Shown here: positions 16,877 to 25,161 of the stretch, piece after piece
How the letters are laid out: each line of letters begins with the position of its first letter
Position numbering within the stretch: the first letter of the stretch is position 1
Source: a bacterium
GTDB lineage: Bacteria > Muiribacteriota > UBA6191
DNA: 39,961 bases
Reading direction: 5' to 3'
Assembly: GCA_036339875.1 (NCBI GenBank)
Contig: JAYZAC010000143.1
Span: forward strand, 1-39,961
The notes under the pieces: generated by a model
Database searches by the model: none
What the model was told of the DNA's origin: nothing
Seen by the model: only the letters and a program-made list of their open reading frames with translations
Position numbers and translations under genes: made by a program

Positions 16877-18628
16877 ATGAAGTACAAATTGCGACATATT
16901 TATCTTTTGGGGCTCATCAGTTTGAGTCCTGTCTCAGCTACTTCCGACTATGTAAAAGACTTTATGAAAGTTGTTGAAGATAGCGATTATTTTTCACCAA
17001 TAGAGAAAGATTTTGCTAGACAATTAATGAACGGTGCAGACATGGATGACTCAGTCTTAGACGCAATTATAGAGTCTCCAGTTATTTCTTCTAAACAGAA
17101 AGAAATGGCCAAGCAGTACTTTCAAGAAAGGCAAAAACCGAAGCGTGTGAAGTTTAAACAACGCCGCTATGACAAAGATATTCAGTTAGTTAGTCCTCGT
17201 ATGAGATTCCATGGTGATTTTGATTTCCGACTTAGAAGCATAGATACTGCTAGAGATATTTCGAATCATTTTCCATTGGATAATGCAGATCAGGACCCCG
17301 GAATTGCTCACATAATTAAAGGTCAATTGCGTTATCGACCTGAGGGTCAGAAAGATCCAAAATCTTGGGGTCAAATCGATGTAGATGTGCAAGGAAGAGA
17401 CGGTGAAACAGAAATTATTAATGGTCATTTTCAAAATGATCAAAATTATCTAAAAATTGGAACTTTTTTAAGTCCTAATATGAGCGAGTTTGGATTGAGA
17501 AATACCGAATTCTCTGGTGTACATTTTCATTGGGAACAGAATAAGTGGAACATAGATGTTCTTAGAGGAGATACAGTTGAGGATTACGTTCCCAACCTAG
17601 ATAGTTTGAGCGTGGGAGGCTTCGTAGCAAGGCGCTTGTTAAAGAATAATTCTCGAGATTATATTGGCTTGAGTTATTTTGACTCATCTGATTCACACTA
17701 CTTTGGAGTTTTAGGACAAGCATTTATGCTTGATAATAATCTAAAACTGTACTCCGAAATTGTAAAACAGGATGTAGGTACGCCCGGACAAGATGCGACC
17801 GCTGTCGAATTTGAAATTGATTTTGAAAATGAAAAAGTTATATTTCTTAATGAGATACAGAAAACGACAGCTTTCTTTCAATCGAGTCTAAATCCCGAAT
17901 ATTCAAATCTGGGAACAAGTCTAAGCGAGTATCAAAATCAAGAGCATGCTTTCACTTATCGTTTTGATCCATATGTGACCAGTTCTGTGGTCCTTAATTC
18001 CAGAAAAGTTACTCCATTAAACGGCATCTCTGAATTTGATTCCATTGATGGAGCTTGGACATTAATGACGCATCGACCAGATCGACCTAAGTATATGTTT
18101 GTTGTAAAGAGCTCAAGCAATCAGGATACCGCAAATAGCTCAATTGATGATCGACAGTTTATTATGATGGGTCGGAGTTCTTGGAGACATAGAGATATAC
18201 TGACTCATGTTGATGTCATGCGCACAGACTTTACTGATCATTTATTAACCGACAATTCATACGTATTAAATTCGGTATCAGTTGAATTTTCGAGGCCGTT
18301 TTTAAATAAAATTCGAGTTAAAAATAAGCTAACTTTGTTGGATCAAAATTTTGAAAATTCAGTCAACGATGCAGAGTCTCAGCACAATATGTTTCAAGTG
18401 GATTATCAGATGGATAGTCGCACAAGTCTACAAGGACGACACAACTATCGTCGCGTGGCTCGCAAGGCCTTTACGAATAAATACAAGAATATTTGGTCGT
18501 TAGATGCTAGACGTCAAGTAGATGAAAATTTAGCCTACAACTTAAGGCTAAGTTCTTACAATAACAATGAATTCACTCGAGGTTACGACGCAGCTCTTGT
18601 AAGCCTAGGCGCTGACTTTAGCTTCTAG
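16877..18628 (+). CDS. Putative outer-membrane beta-barrel protein
   Basis: Signal peptide, short helical N-domain, many alternating amphipathic strands, C-terminal LGADFSF ending in Phe (BAM-type signal). Confidence 0.7.
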   Translation: MKYKLRHIYLLGLISLSPVSATSDYVKDFMKVVEDSDYFSPIEKDFARQLMNGADMDDSVLDAIIESPVISSKQKEMAKQYFQERQKPKRVKFKQRRYDKDIQLVSPRMRFHGDFDFRLRSIDTARDISNHFPLDNADQDPGIAHIIKGQLRYRPEGQKDPKSWGQIDVDVQGRDGETEIINGHFQNDQNYLKIGTFLSPNMSEFGLRNTEFSGVHFHWEQNKWNIDVLRGDTVEDYVPNLDSLSVGGFVARRLLKNNSRDYIGLSYFDSSDSHYFGVLGQAFMLDNNLKLYSEIVKQDVGTPGQDATAVEFEIDFENEKVIFLNEIQKTTAFFQSSLNPEYSNLGTSLSEYQNQEHAFTYRFDPYVTSSVVLNSRKVTPLNGISEFDSIDGAWTLMTHRPDRPKYMFVVKSSSNQDTANSSIDDRQFIMMGRSSWRHRDILTHVDVMRTDFTDHLLTDNSYVLNSVSVEFSRPFLNKIRVKNKLTLLDQNFENSVNDAESQHNMFQVDYQMDSRTSLQGRHNYRRVARKAFTNKYKNIWSLDARRQVDENLAYNLRLSSYNNNEFTRGYDAALVSLGADFSF

Positions 18629-18641
18629 AATAAGTAATCTT

Positions 18642-20354
18642 CTACGAATAATGTAGAATGCTTTCTATGCGGTACTTATCTAGTTTCTTTCTACCTGATA
18701 GGAAGTCTAATTCAATTAAGAATAGCATTTGTATAACTCGACCTTCGGCATTTTCAATCAATTGAGCAGTTGCTGAGGCGGTACCACCCGTCGCCAACAC
18801 ATCATCTACTATGACTACATTTTGCCCTTGAAGGTGTCCGGCCTGGACTTCTAATTCAGCGCTTCCGTATTCAAGCTCATAGCTTACACTCATGCACTCT
18901 CCAGGTAATTTACCTTTCTTACGAATTGGGATAAAACTACAACGCATTGCTTGAGCTAGTGCGGCCCCAAAAATGAAACCACGAGATTCAATTCCTGCAA
19001 TTACATCCACTTTGCAGCCTCTTAGTTGAGATTCAAACATTTTGACCACATCAGAAATACCGTGAGCCGACATTAATAGTGGAGTTATGTCCTTAAAAAC
19101 GACACCAGGTATAGGGAAATCGGGAATATCTTTAATTAGATTTCTAAGTCTTTTTGTAATTCCTCGTTCTTTTTTTGATTTTAGATCGTTGAAAATCGAG
19201 CGAGTAAATTCTTGCACCCACTCATCATTTACTTGCTGACGAACTTCTTTGGTTTCACCCAGCTTGTTTAAGGCGACCAGTGCATTTTTTCTAACATATT
19301 CACTACTATCTCGAAGAGCGTCAACCAAATCAAGTGTACTTGACTCTTCTCCCATCTCTCCAAGTGCCTGCGCGGCAGAAGCTCGGACACTCCAAGTGAC
19401 ATCATGTTTCATGATTTTAACTAATTCTGGTGCATATTGCACAGCCTGCAACTCACCCAAAACCTTACAAGTCCAGAATCTAATATTGTCATTTTTACTT
19501 TTTAGAGAGCGGCCAAGCTCATCTTCTCCATATTCTCCAACTTCCCATAGAGCATCAGCAGCTAACTTTCGAATGATCCAATTTTCATCTCCGAGCATCT
19601 GAACGAGTGGCGGGATTACCTCTGATGACTCAAAGTTTCTCAAGGCGGTGATGAGTACTTGTTTTTGATCAATGGTCGTCTTGTCGGAAAGAGCCTTATC
19701 TATGAGTGCTTTTCTAGCTGAGTCTCCACCAATCTGACCAAGAATTTGAATTGCCCAAAACTCCAAGTCTGGAGTTTTACAGCTCGTTAGTTTAGCAACT
19801 CCTTTAACAGCTTCTGGGCCTAGTTGGACCAATGCTGAAGCTGCACTTCTGCGAATTGTCCAAGGAGAATCTGCAAGGCAGTCAAGCAATGGTTTAACGG
19901 CTTCTTTCACACCTGTTTTACCTAGCGCTGATATTGCGCATAATTTCCGAGGCAGATTATCACTCTCCATGACTTCAACCAATGTTTTCACAGCTTTTGT
20001 TCCGAACTGCGATATCACCTCGCAAATCCAGAATTGTATATCGTCATCATTGCTTTTGGCGAGATCTAGAAGCATGTCGAGAAATGAATTTCCCAGTCCT
20101 ACTAAAACTTTGGAGGCATTGCGACGAACTCCATACGAAGTATGCTTCAAAGCTTCTATCATTTGGGGAATAACTGCGTCACCTTTGTCTTTAAGGATAC
20201 GAATTGCCTCGCGCGTGACAGCTTCGTTTTCGTCACTAAGGGCCTGTACTAAAAGCGTCAAACTATCCCCATCGGGGATATCTTTGAGTGCTACAACGGC
20301 TTCTTTACGAACTCTAAAATCCACATCGCGTAGTCGTTCTAAGAGGTCTTTCAT
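18642..20354 (-). CDS. apt: HEAT-repeat / adenine phosphoribosyltransferase fusion
   Basis: aa ~400-570: IPDFPIPGVVFKDITPLL, GIESRGFIFG, RKKGKLPG, YELEYG, PRPP motif VVIVDDVLATGGT. aa 1-370 are HEAT repeats. Confidence 0.92.
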   Translation of the reverse strand: MKDLLERLRDVDFRVRKEAVVALKDIPDGDSLTLLVQALSDENEAVTREAIRILKDKGDAVIPQMIEALKHTSYGVRRNASKVLVGLGNSFLDMLLDLAKSNDDDIQFWICEVISQFGTKAVKTLVEVMESDNLPRKLCAISALGKTGVKEAVKPLLDCLADSPWTIRRSAASALVQLGPEAVKGVAKLTSCKTPDLEFWAIQILGQIGGDSARKALIDKALSDKTTIDQKQVLITALRNFESSEVIPPLVQMLGDENWIIRKLAADALWEVGEYGEDELGRSLKSKNDNIRFWTCKVLGELQAVQYAPELVKIMKHDVTWSVRASAAQALGEMGEESSTLDLVDALRDSSEYVRKNALVALNKLGETKEVRQQVNDEWVQEFTRSIFNDLKSKKERGITKRLRNLIKDIPDFPIPGVVFKDITPLLMSAHGISDVVKMFESQLRGCKVDVIAGIESRGFIFGAALAQAMRCSFIPIRKKGKLPGECMSVSYELEYGSAELEVQAGHLQGQNVVIVDDVLATGGTASATAQLIENAEGRVIQMLFLIELDFLSGRKKLDKYRIESILHYS

Positions 20355-20387
20355 GATGTCTCCTGGTGCTCGACTTCTGAGGCTTGA

Positions 20388-21521
20388 TTACATAGAAAGC
20401 GACATGATAACACAGACATGCTCGAGGTTTTCTGACTGATTCTTTGGCCAAAAATAAGCAGGCATACCCTCTCCCTCACATTGAATGGCTACCGTATTAT
20501 CGCCAATTGACCCGAGATAATCCAACAGAAATTTAGAATTGAAGGCAACTGTCATTTCCTCCTGAACTTTTGAACCTTCCTCAAGACCAATTTCACGGTA
20601 ACCTTCTCCAAATTTTTCAGAAAATGAACTAATACCAAGTTGTTGAGGGTGAATTTCTAACACGATTCTATTTCCCGATTCACGTGCTACGGGTAACAAG
20701 CCTTTGAGATGCCCAATAAATCGACTATTATCAAGATGAAGACCTTCTGAAAGATCCTCTGGAATATAGTCTTCGTAGTCTACAAACTCTGCATCAGAAA
20801 GAGCAGATTGGAAAATAGTACTACCAAATTGTAATAGAAATTTATTGTGTTGCTGACGTATTAAAATAGGGTCGTCCGGTAGAATTTTGAGTAATTCGGA
20901 AACCACGTCCATTGAGATTAACCAGCGAATCTTTTGATCTACCTGGATCGGAGAGGGGCTAGTCGCTTTGACTAGTCTGTTACCATCCATTGATGCTACT
21001 GTGAGTTTGTTACTTGAGATATCCATACAAATACCTCGAAAGCCTTGAATTGAATTTTCAGTGGTAGCGGAACAAATGCTTCCAATTTTTAAGATATCTT
21101 TGAGATTGCTGCCAGGAATTTCCATTTCCATTTCTGCAGTAATTAGTTCCACCTCTGGGTAATCTTCTTTGCCTCTTCCCGGTAGTTCATACCTTGCAGA
21201 TTCTCCCTCCAACGTTAGCAAAACCCGATTATTACTTGGATTAACATCAATCAGGATCTTTTCTTTGTTGAATTCACGAAGATTGTGTATTAATTCTAAA
21301 AAAAATTGACCTTGAACTAGAATTTCTCCCGGTCGATCTATTTCGGCTTTAATTTGAGTTGAAATAAAAGTTTTGATGTTCGTAGCACTTAATCGTATCG
21401 CATTATCTAGAGTTTCCAGACGAATGTGAGTAAGTTCGGGTATGGCTGTGGTAGTCGGCAATGCGCGCGTAGTAATTTGTAATGCGTTCTGAAGTTCGTT
21501 TTTGTCACATACAATTTTCAT
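20388..21521 (-). CDS. dnaN: DNA polymerase III beta sliding clamp (divergent)
   Basis: 377 aa; LSATN, PGEILV, DYPE, ASMDGNRL, FVDY, AFNSKFLLD, terminal VIM; AGGAG RBS. Confidence 0.85.
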   Translation of the reverse strand: MKIVCDKNELQNALQITTRALPTTTAIPELTHIRLETLDNAIRLSATNIKTFISTQIKAEIDRPGEILVQGQFFLELIHNLREFNKEKILIDVNPSNNRVLLTLEGESARYELPGRGKEDYPEVELITAEMEMEIPGSNLKDILKIGSICSATTENSIQGFRGICMDISSNKLTVASMDGNRLVKATSPSPIQVDQKIRWLISMDVVSELLKILPDDPILIRQQHNKFLLQFGSTIFQSALSDAEFVDYEDYIPEDLSEGLHLDNSRFIGHLKGLLPVARESGNRIVLEIHPQQLGISSFSEKFGEGYREIGLEEGSKVQEEMTVAFNSKFLLDYLGSIGDNTVAIQCEGEGMPAYFWPKNQSENLEHVCVIMSLSM

Positions 21522-21558
21522 ATGTAAATCTCCTGAAATGTTTGAAGTGGGGCTGTGG

Positions 21559-21587
21559 AGTATAGCGGAAGCCTTTTATAGAGTCCA
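21559..21587 (-). promoter_or_regulatory. Candidate sigma70 promoter for dnaN
   Basis: Minus strand TGGACT (21587-21582), 17 bp, TATACT (21564-21559); back-to-back with the ffs promoter. Confidence 0.45.
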
Positions 21588-21598
21588 GTATACTAGTC

Positions 21599-21626
21599 TT
21601 GCAATTAATTAGATTTTTGCTACAAT
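21599..21626 (+). promoter_or_regulatory. Sigma70-type promoter of SRP RNA
   Basis: TTGCAA, 16 bp, TACAAT with extended -10 TG; 7 nt upstream of the predicted RNA 5' end. Confidence 0.65.
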
Positions 21627-21633
21627 CGCGGCC

Positions 21634-21755
21634 GGAAGGTGTTGATCTGAGTCTCCAGTGGCAGCGAACAGCCCCGAACCCCGCCAGGTCCGTGATGGAA
21701 GCAACGGTAGGGAATCTGTTGGTGTGTTGTTGGATTTGGGCTCAGGGAGCCTTCC
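21634..21755 (+). ncRNA. ffs: Small signal recognition particle RNA (4.5S)
   Basis: Helix-8 core GAACCCCGCCAGGTCC-loop-GGAAGCAACGGTAGGG; long closing hairpin (GGAAGG/CCTTCC, CTGAG/CTCAG, AACAG/CTGTT) followed by a T-run. Confidence 0.9.
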
Positions 21756-21853
21756 CTTGTTTTTTCGGAGCTAACTAAAAAAACCTAATGTCTATCGCTT
21801 CTCATTTTTAAAAATTTTTATTATTCTATTGATGTGCCTAATGGTATTTCGTT

Positions 21854-22864
21854 ATGGATAATCTAAGTAATCAAATCGGGTCATTTGAGTCAATTGAGGT
21901 TGAATTTGGGGATTTGGATTCATCAGATGATGGTTCATGGGAAGAGAGATATGCTTCCTTAAAGCTTCTTGTACAAAGCGATGCGGGTGATCTCTACAAA
22001 CTGCGTGAAATGAAAGACGCACTCAACGATAGTAACGCTGCCGTTCGTTATTTGGCCGCGAATAGTCTCAAAGCGCTCGATTGTGAAGGGGTGGTAGATG
22101 CATTATTGTTTGCACTCACTGATTCGTATGAATGGATAAGAATTAGGGCTATCGAGGGTCTGGGTGATCGGCGGGCAGTTGAAGCTGTTGAGCCCTTCAT
22201 TCAATATTTAGATAAAGATTCTAATCCCAAAGTTAGGGCTACACTCGTGAAACATCTTGGGCGATTTTGTGAGTTGAAACTGGTTCCCTTGATTGCCTCT
22301 TATTTGTCTGATGATGATGCCCGTGTTCGCGCTAATGCTGTGGAGGGTTTGGGATTTTATCCACCAGAATTCGTTGCCGATATTCTTCGTCCTCTCAAAG
22401 ATGATGATAATGCTCGAATTCGTGCTAATGTTGCAGTGGCCTTATCCAAAGGAGAAGCAAATGTATCCAGAGGAACAATTGATCAATTGCTTAGCTCTCC
22501 AGATCTTTATGAGCGTATGGGTGCAATCTATTCTATTGGCGAAACGAGAGAAGAGACTTATATTCCCATTTTATTGCAGTATTTGAATGACCCGTCTTAC
22601 CTTGTGCAGCGCAATGTTTGTGATGCTATGATCAAATTCGGTATCAAATTGCAAGGGATTTTATTAAAGGAAATCCGCACAAGAAAGACTGAAAGTTTTT
22701 TACTGGGTTCTCTCAGAGTGCTTGCCTCTATCGCAGACAAAAAGGCTTTGAAGACTTTACTTAAACTTCAGGAGACTGGAGAAGGAGAAGTTAGAGAGGC
22801 TGCGGAAAGGGCGATCGACGAGATTTACTCACGCGCCAAACGACTTCCTACTCACGTCATCTAA
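21854..22864 (+). CDS. Stand-alone HEAT-repeat protein
   Basis: Repeats such as DSNAAVRYLAANSL, DSNPKVRATLVKHLG, DDDARVRANAVEGLG, DDNARIRANVAVAL; acidic N-terminus. Confidence 0.85.
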   Translation: MDNLSNQIGSFESIEVEFGDLDSSDDGSWEERYASLKLLVQSDAGDLYKLREMKDALNDSNAAVRYLAANSLKALDCEGVVDALLFALTDSYEWIRIRAIEGLGDRRAVEAVEPFIQYLDKDSNPKVRATLVKHLGRFCELKLVPLIASYLSDDDARVRANAVEGLGFYPPEFVADILRPLKDDDNARIRANVAVALSKGEANVSRGTIDQLLSSPDLYERMGAIYSIGETREETYIPILLQYLNDPSYLVQRNVCDAMIKFGIKLQGILLKEIRTRKTESFLLGSLRVLASIADKKALKTLLKLQETGEGEVREAAERAIDEIYSRAKRLPTHVI

Positions 22865-22891
22865 CTCCAAAATGGTTTTTTTTTTATATTA

Positions 22892-22924
22892 TCCAATGGA
22901 TTTATTGCATTGGAATATTTTTTC
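22892..22924 (+). terminator. Possible intrinsic terminator after the HEAT gene
   Basis: TCCAATG-N9-CATTGGA followed by ATATTTTTT; AT-rich, weak stem. Confidence 0.3.
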
Positions 22925-23123
22925 AGTAAATAAAATCGCCGATATCCTTACATAAATTGGGATAAATCTTCTGTTTTTGTTATAGTACTCAACCAATTGA
23001 ATTATTCAAATACAGGGGTGCATTTCTCCTCGGAAACCCTTAGGTGACGCAGAGTAGACTCCTGGAAGGAACTCGAAAATCTCGTTTTATTGCAAAATTC
23101 AGATTCCTTCTGCAGGCCACATA

Positions 23124-25088
23124 GTGGTCTACGTAGTGCTGTCCTTGTTATTCCTACACTCTTCAATGTACGCAGCGTCTCAGGGTAAAATTGAATTTAG
23201 TGCGGATTACCAAGAATACAATCAGCGATTAGGTTTAGTGATACTAAAAGATGGAGCTCGCATTGTTGGTTCTGATTTTGAAATCGCAGGCAAAAACTTG
23301 CAGTATAATCTTTCAACAGGTGACATTCATGCAAGAGGTCAAGTAGAGCTGCAGCGCGATGATGAAGTTTTAGAAGCTGATATATTGCATTATAATGTAA
23401 AAACGAAGGTTGGTAGTACAGAAGGTATTGAAGCGATCTTCCAAAATACTTTTGTGGAAGCAGAATCAGCTGAGATCGATAGGTCGGGGTTACTTTTAAG
23501 AAACGGTTGTGCGTCCACCTGTGATGATGTTCATTATCACTATCATATTCGAGCTAGGAAAATAGTTTTAGTTCCAGATAAGGCTTTATATCTAAAAGGT
23601 GTAAAGTTCTATTTGGGGAAAACGAAAGTTCTTAGTCTACCGGCATATCGCTTTAACTTGGCAGGAAAAAGATTTGAGGCTCCGCTTAAGCTGGTTCCTG
23701 GTTTTGATGCTTCTAGAGGTTTTTATTCTAAGGTAGGTTGGGACTTTTACTTTAATCCAAAATTCTATGGTGAACTTAACTTGGTACCTACTTCTCGTCA
23801 AGGCGTCGAGTTAAAAATGGATCTTCAAATAAATCAAGAGACAAAGTTTCCAGCACGAGTAAAGTATGAGCAGCAGCATAATCAATTTACAAGTAGGACC
23901 ACTCGCCGCGCGAATCTGAATCAACGGTATAAAAAGAGTGATAAAGGTTTTGCTGATCTTACAATTAATTATCTAGAGGATGAGTTTAGTTCAATACAAT
24001 CAAATAAGGAGTTAAATACTCGTCTTCACTGGACTAGGCATATGCCTTTTGGTTGGCGCGGTGAATTGGATTATGAAGTTAGGCATGATTTAGATAAGGA
24101 CGTATATTTAGCGGATAATCGCGTACAAAGTTTGGATCGATTACCTAGCTTATATTTTGAGTCTCCCACTCGAAGTATGGATTCCATTCCGTGGAACTTT
24201 AGGCTGGGTACTAGATTTACAAGATTTCGCGAAAATTCTTTTCAGGGTCGAATTGCTCATGATGTTAAAGAGGTGTTTCTGAATGCTTTTCAAGATACCT
24301 ATCAATATGGTCGTTCTACTTTCAGTATGAATTCGCAATTTAGATTTAGTCATTACAGCGGAGGAATTCAGCGAGAGTACTTGCGGCTTAATGCTGGTTG
24401 GAACCATGATTTTGGAGAGGGTTGGAATAGCTCGACTCAGTATCATACGCACCATGTTGGAGGACGTAGTCCTTTTAGAACATTTGATTTGTTGACTCCG
24501 CAAGAAAGATTGACGCAGCGCTTTAGTTATAGAAAAGGTAATTGGTCAGGAACTCTTTTGCAGTTGGGTTATAATTTTAAGAGTGATCTGTATGATGGAT
24601 TAAGTTCCTATTTACAGTATCGCGATAACTGGAGACAGAAGCCTTACTTTTTGAGTTTGAGAGCGAGTTATGGCAATAAGCTTACTCCTGGTAGTCTAGG
24701 AAACTTATCTATTGATCAGCTGTTTATGAGTTTTCGTATGCAGGACTCGGATCACTGGGACTTCGACTTCAAGGCAAAATATAGTAATCTTCGATCACGC
24801 TGGGAAAGTTTTACGCATTCAACCGATTATTTAATCGGTAATCGGACTAGATTGAGCTTTCAGGAACATTACAATGCGGTAACCAATGAGTTTACCAGGA
24901 TAAGATTGGGTTGGATACGAGATTTACATTGTTTAGAAAGCCGAATGGATTGGGATTTAAAGCAGAAAGAGTTTACCTTTCAGGTTTATCTCAAGCAGGG
25001 GCGCGGTGATGGTTTAGGTTTGCGATTAAATTATGAAGATGCACTTAGTGTTAAGCCCGACTTACCAGGAATTGATGAAAATTACTAA
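23124..25088 (+). CDS. lptD: LPS-assembly protein LptD-like
   Basis: Signal peptide, OstA-like jellyroll (IEFSADYQEY, ARGQVEL, ADILHYN), STCD..HYHIRA, barrel strands, C-terminal RDLHC. Confidence 0.75.
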   Translation: MVYVVLSLLFLHSSMYAASQGKIEFSADYQEYNQRLGLVILKDGARIVGSDFEIAGKNLQYNLSTGDIHARGQVELQRDDEVLEADILHYNVKTKVGSTEGIEAIFQNTFVEAESAEIDRSGLLLRNGCASTCDDVHYHYHIRARKIVLVPDKALYLKGVKFYLGKTKVLSLPAYRFNLAGKRFEAPLKLVPGFDASRGFYSKVGWDFYFNPKFYGELNLVPTSRQGVELKMDLQINQETKFPARVKYEQQHNQFTSRTTRRANLNQRYKKSDKGFADLTINYLEDEFSSIQSNKELNTRLHWTRHMPFGWRGELDYEVRHDLDKDVYLADNRVQSLDRLPSLYFESPTRSMDSIPWNFRLGTRFTRFRENSFQGRIAHDVKEVFLNAFQDTYQYGRSTFSMNSQFRFSHYSGGIQREYLRLNAGWNHDFGEGWNSSTQYHTHHVGGRSPFRTFDLLTPQERLTQRFSYRKGNWSGTLLQLGYNFKSDLYDGLSSYLQYRDNWRQKPYFLSLRASYGNKLTPGSLGNLSIDQLFMSFRMQDSDHWDFDFKAKYSNLRSRWESFTHSTDYLIGNRTRLSFQEHYNAVTNEFTRIRLGWIRDLHCLESRMDWDLKQKEFTFQVYLKQGRGDGLGLRLNYEDALSVKPDLPGIDENY

Positions 25089-25102
25089 AGATTCCAATAC
25101 TA

Positions 25103-25137
25103 GAACAAAATTGGCTTGATTTTCCTTGATTTTGTTC
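25103..25137. repeat. Inverted repeat between lptD and fliG
   Basis: GAACAAAAT-N17-ATTTTGTTC, overlapping a tandem CTTGATTTT direct repeat. Confidence 0.4.
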
Positions 25138-25161
25138 ATTTAATATGGGGTTGGAGAATTT

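Noticed and set aside
19249..20439. Plus-strand ORFs of 117, 156 and 63 aa
   Set aside because: Antisense to the HEAT-apt gene with no recognisable motifs. The same applies to the other short nested ORFs in the track.
21522..21633. Replication origin next to dnaN
   Set aside because: No TTATCCACA-type DnaA box cluster seen; the short spacer is explained by two divergent promoters.
22927..22945. TAAA...GCCGATAT as a sigma-28 promoter for lptD-fliG
   Set aside because: The -10-like octamer is present, but TAAA is 7 nt or less upstream rather than about 15.
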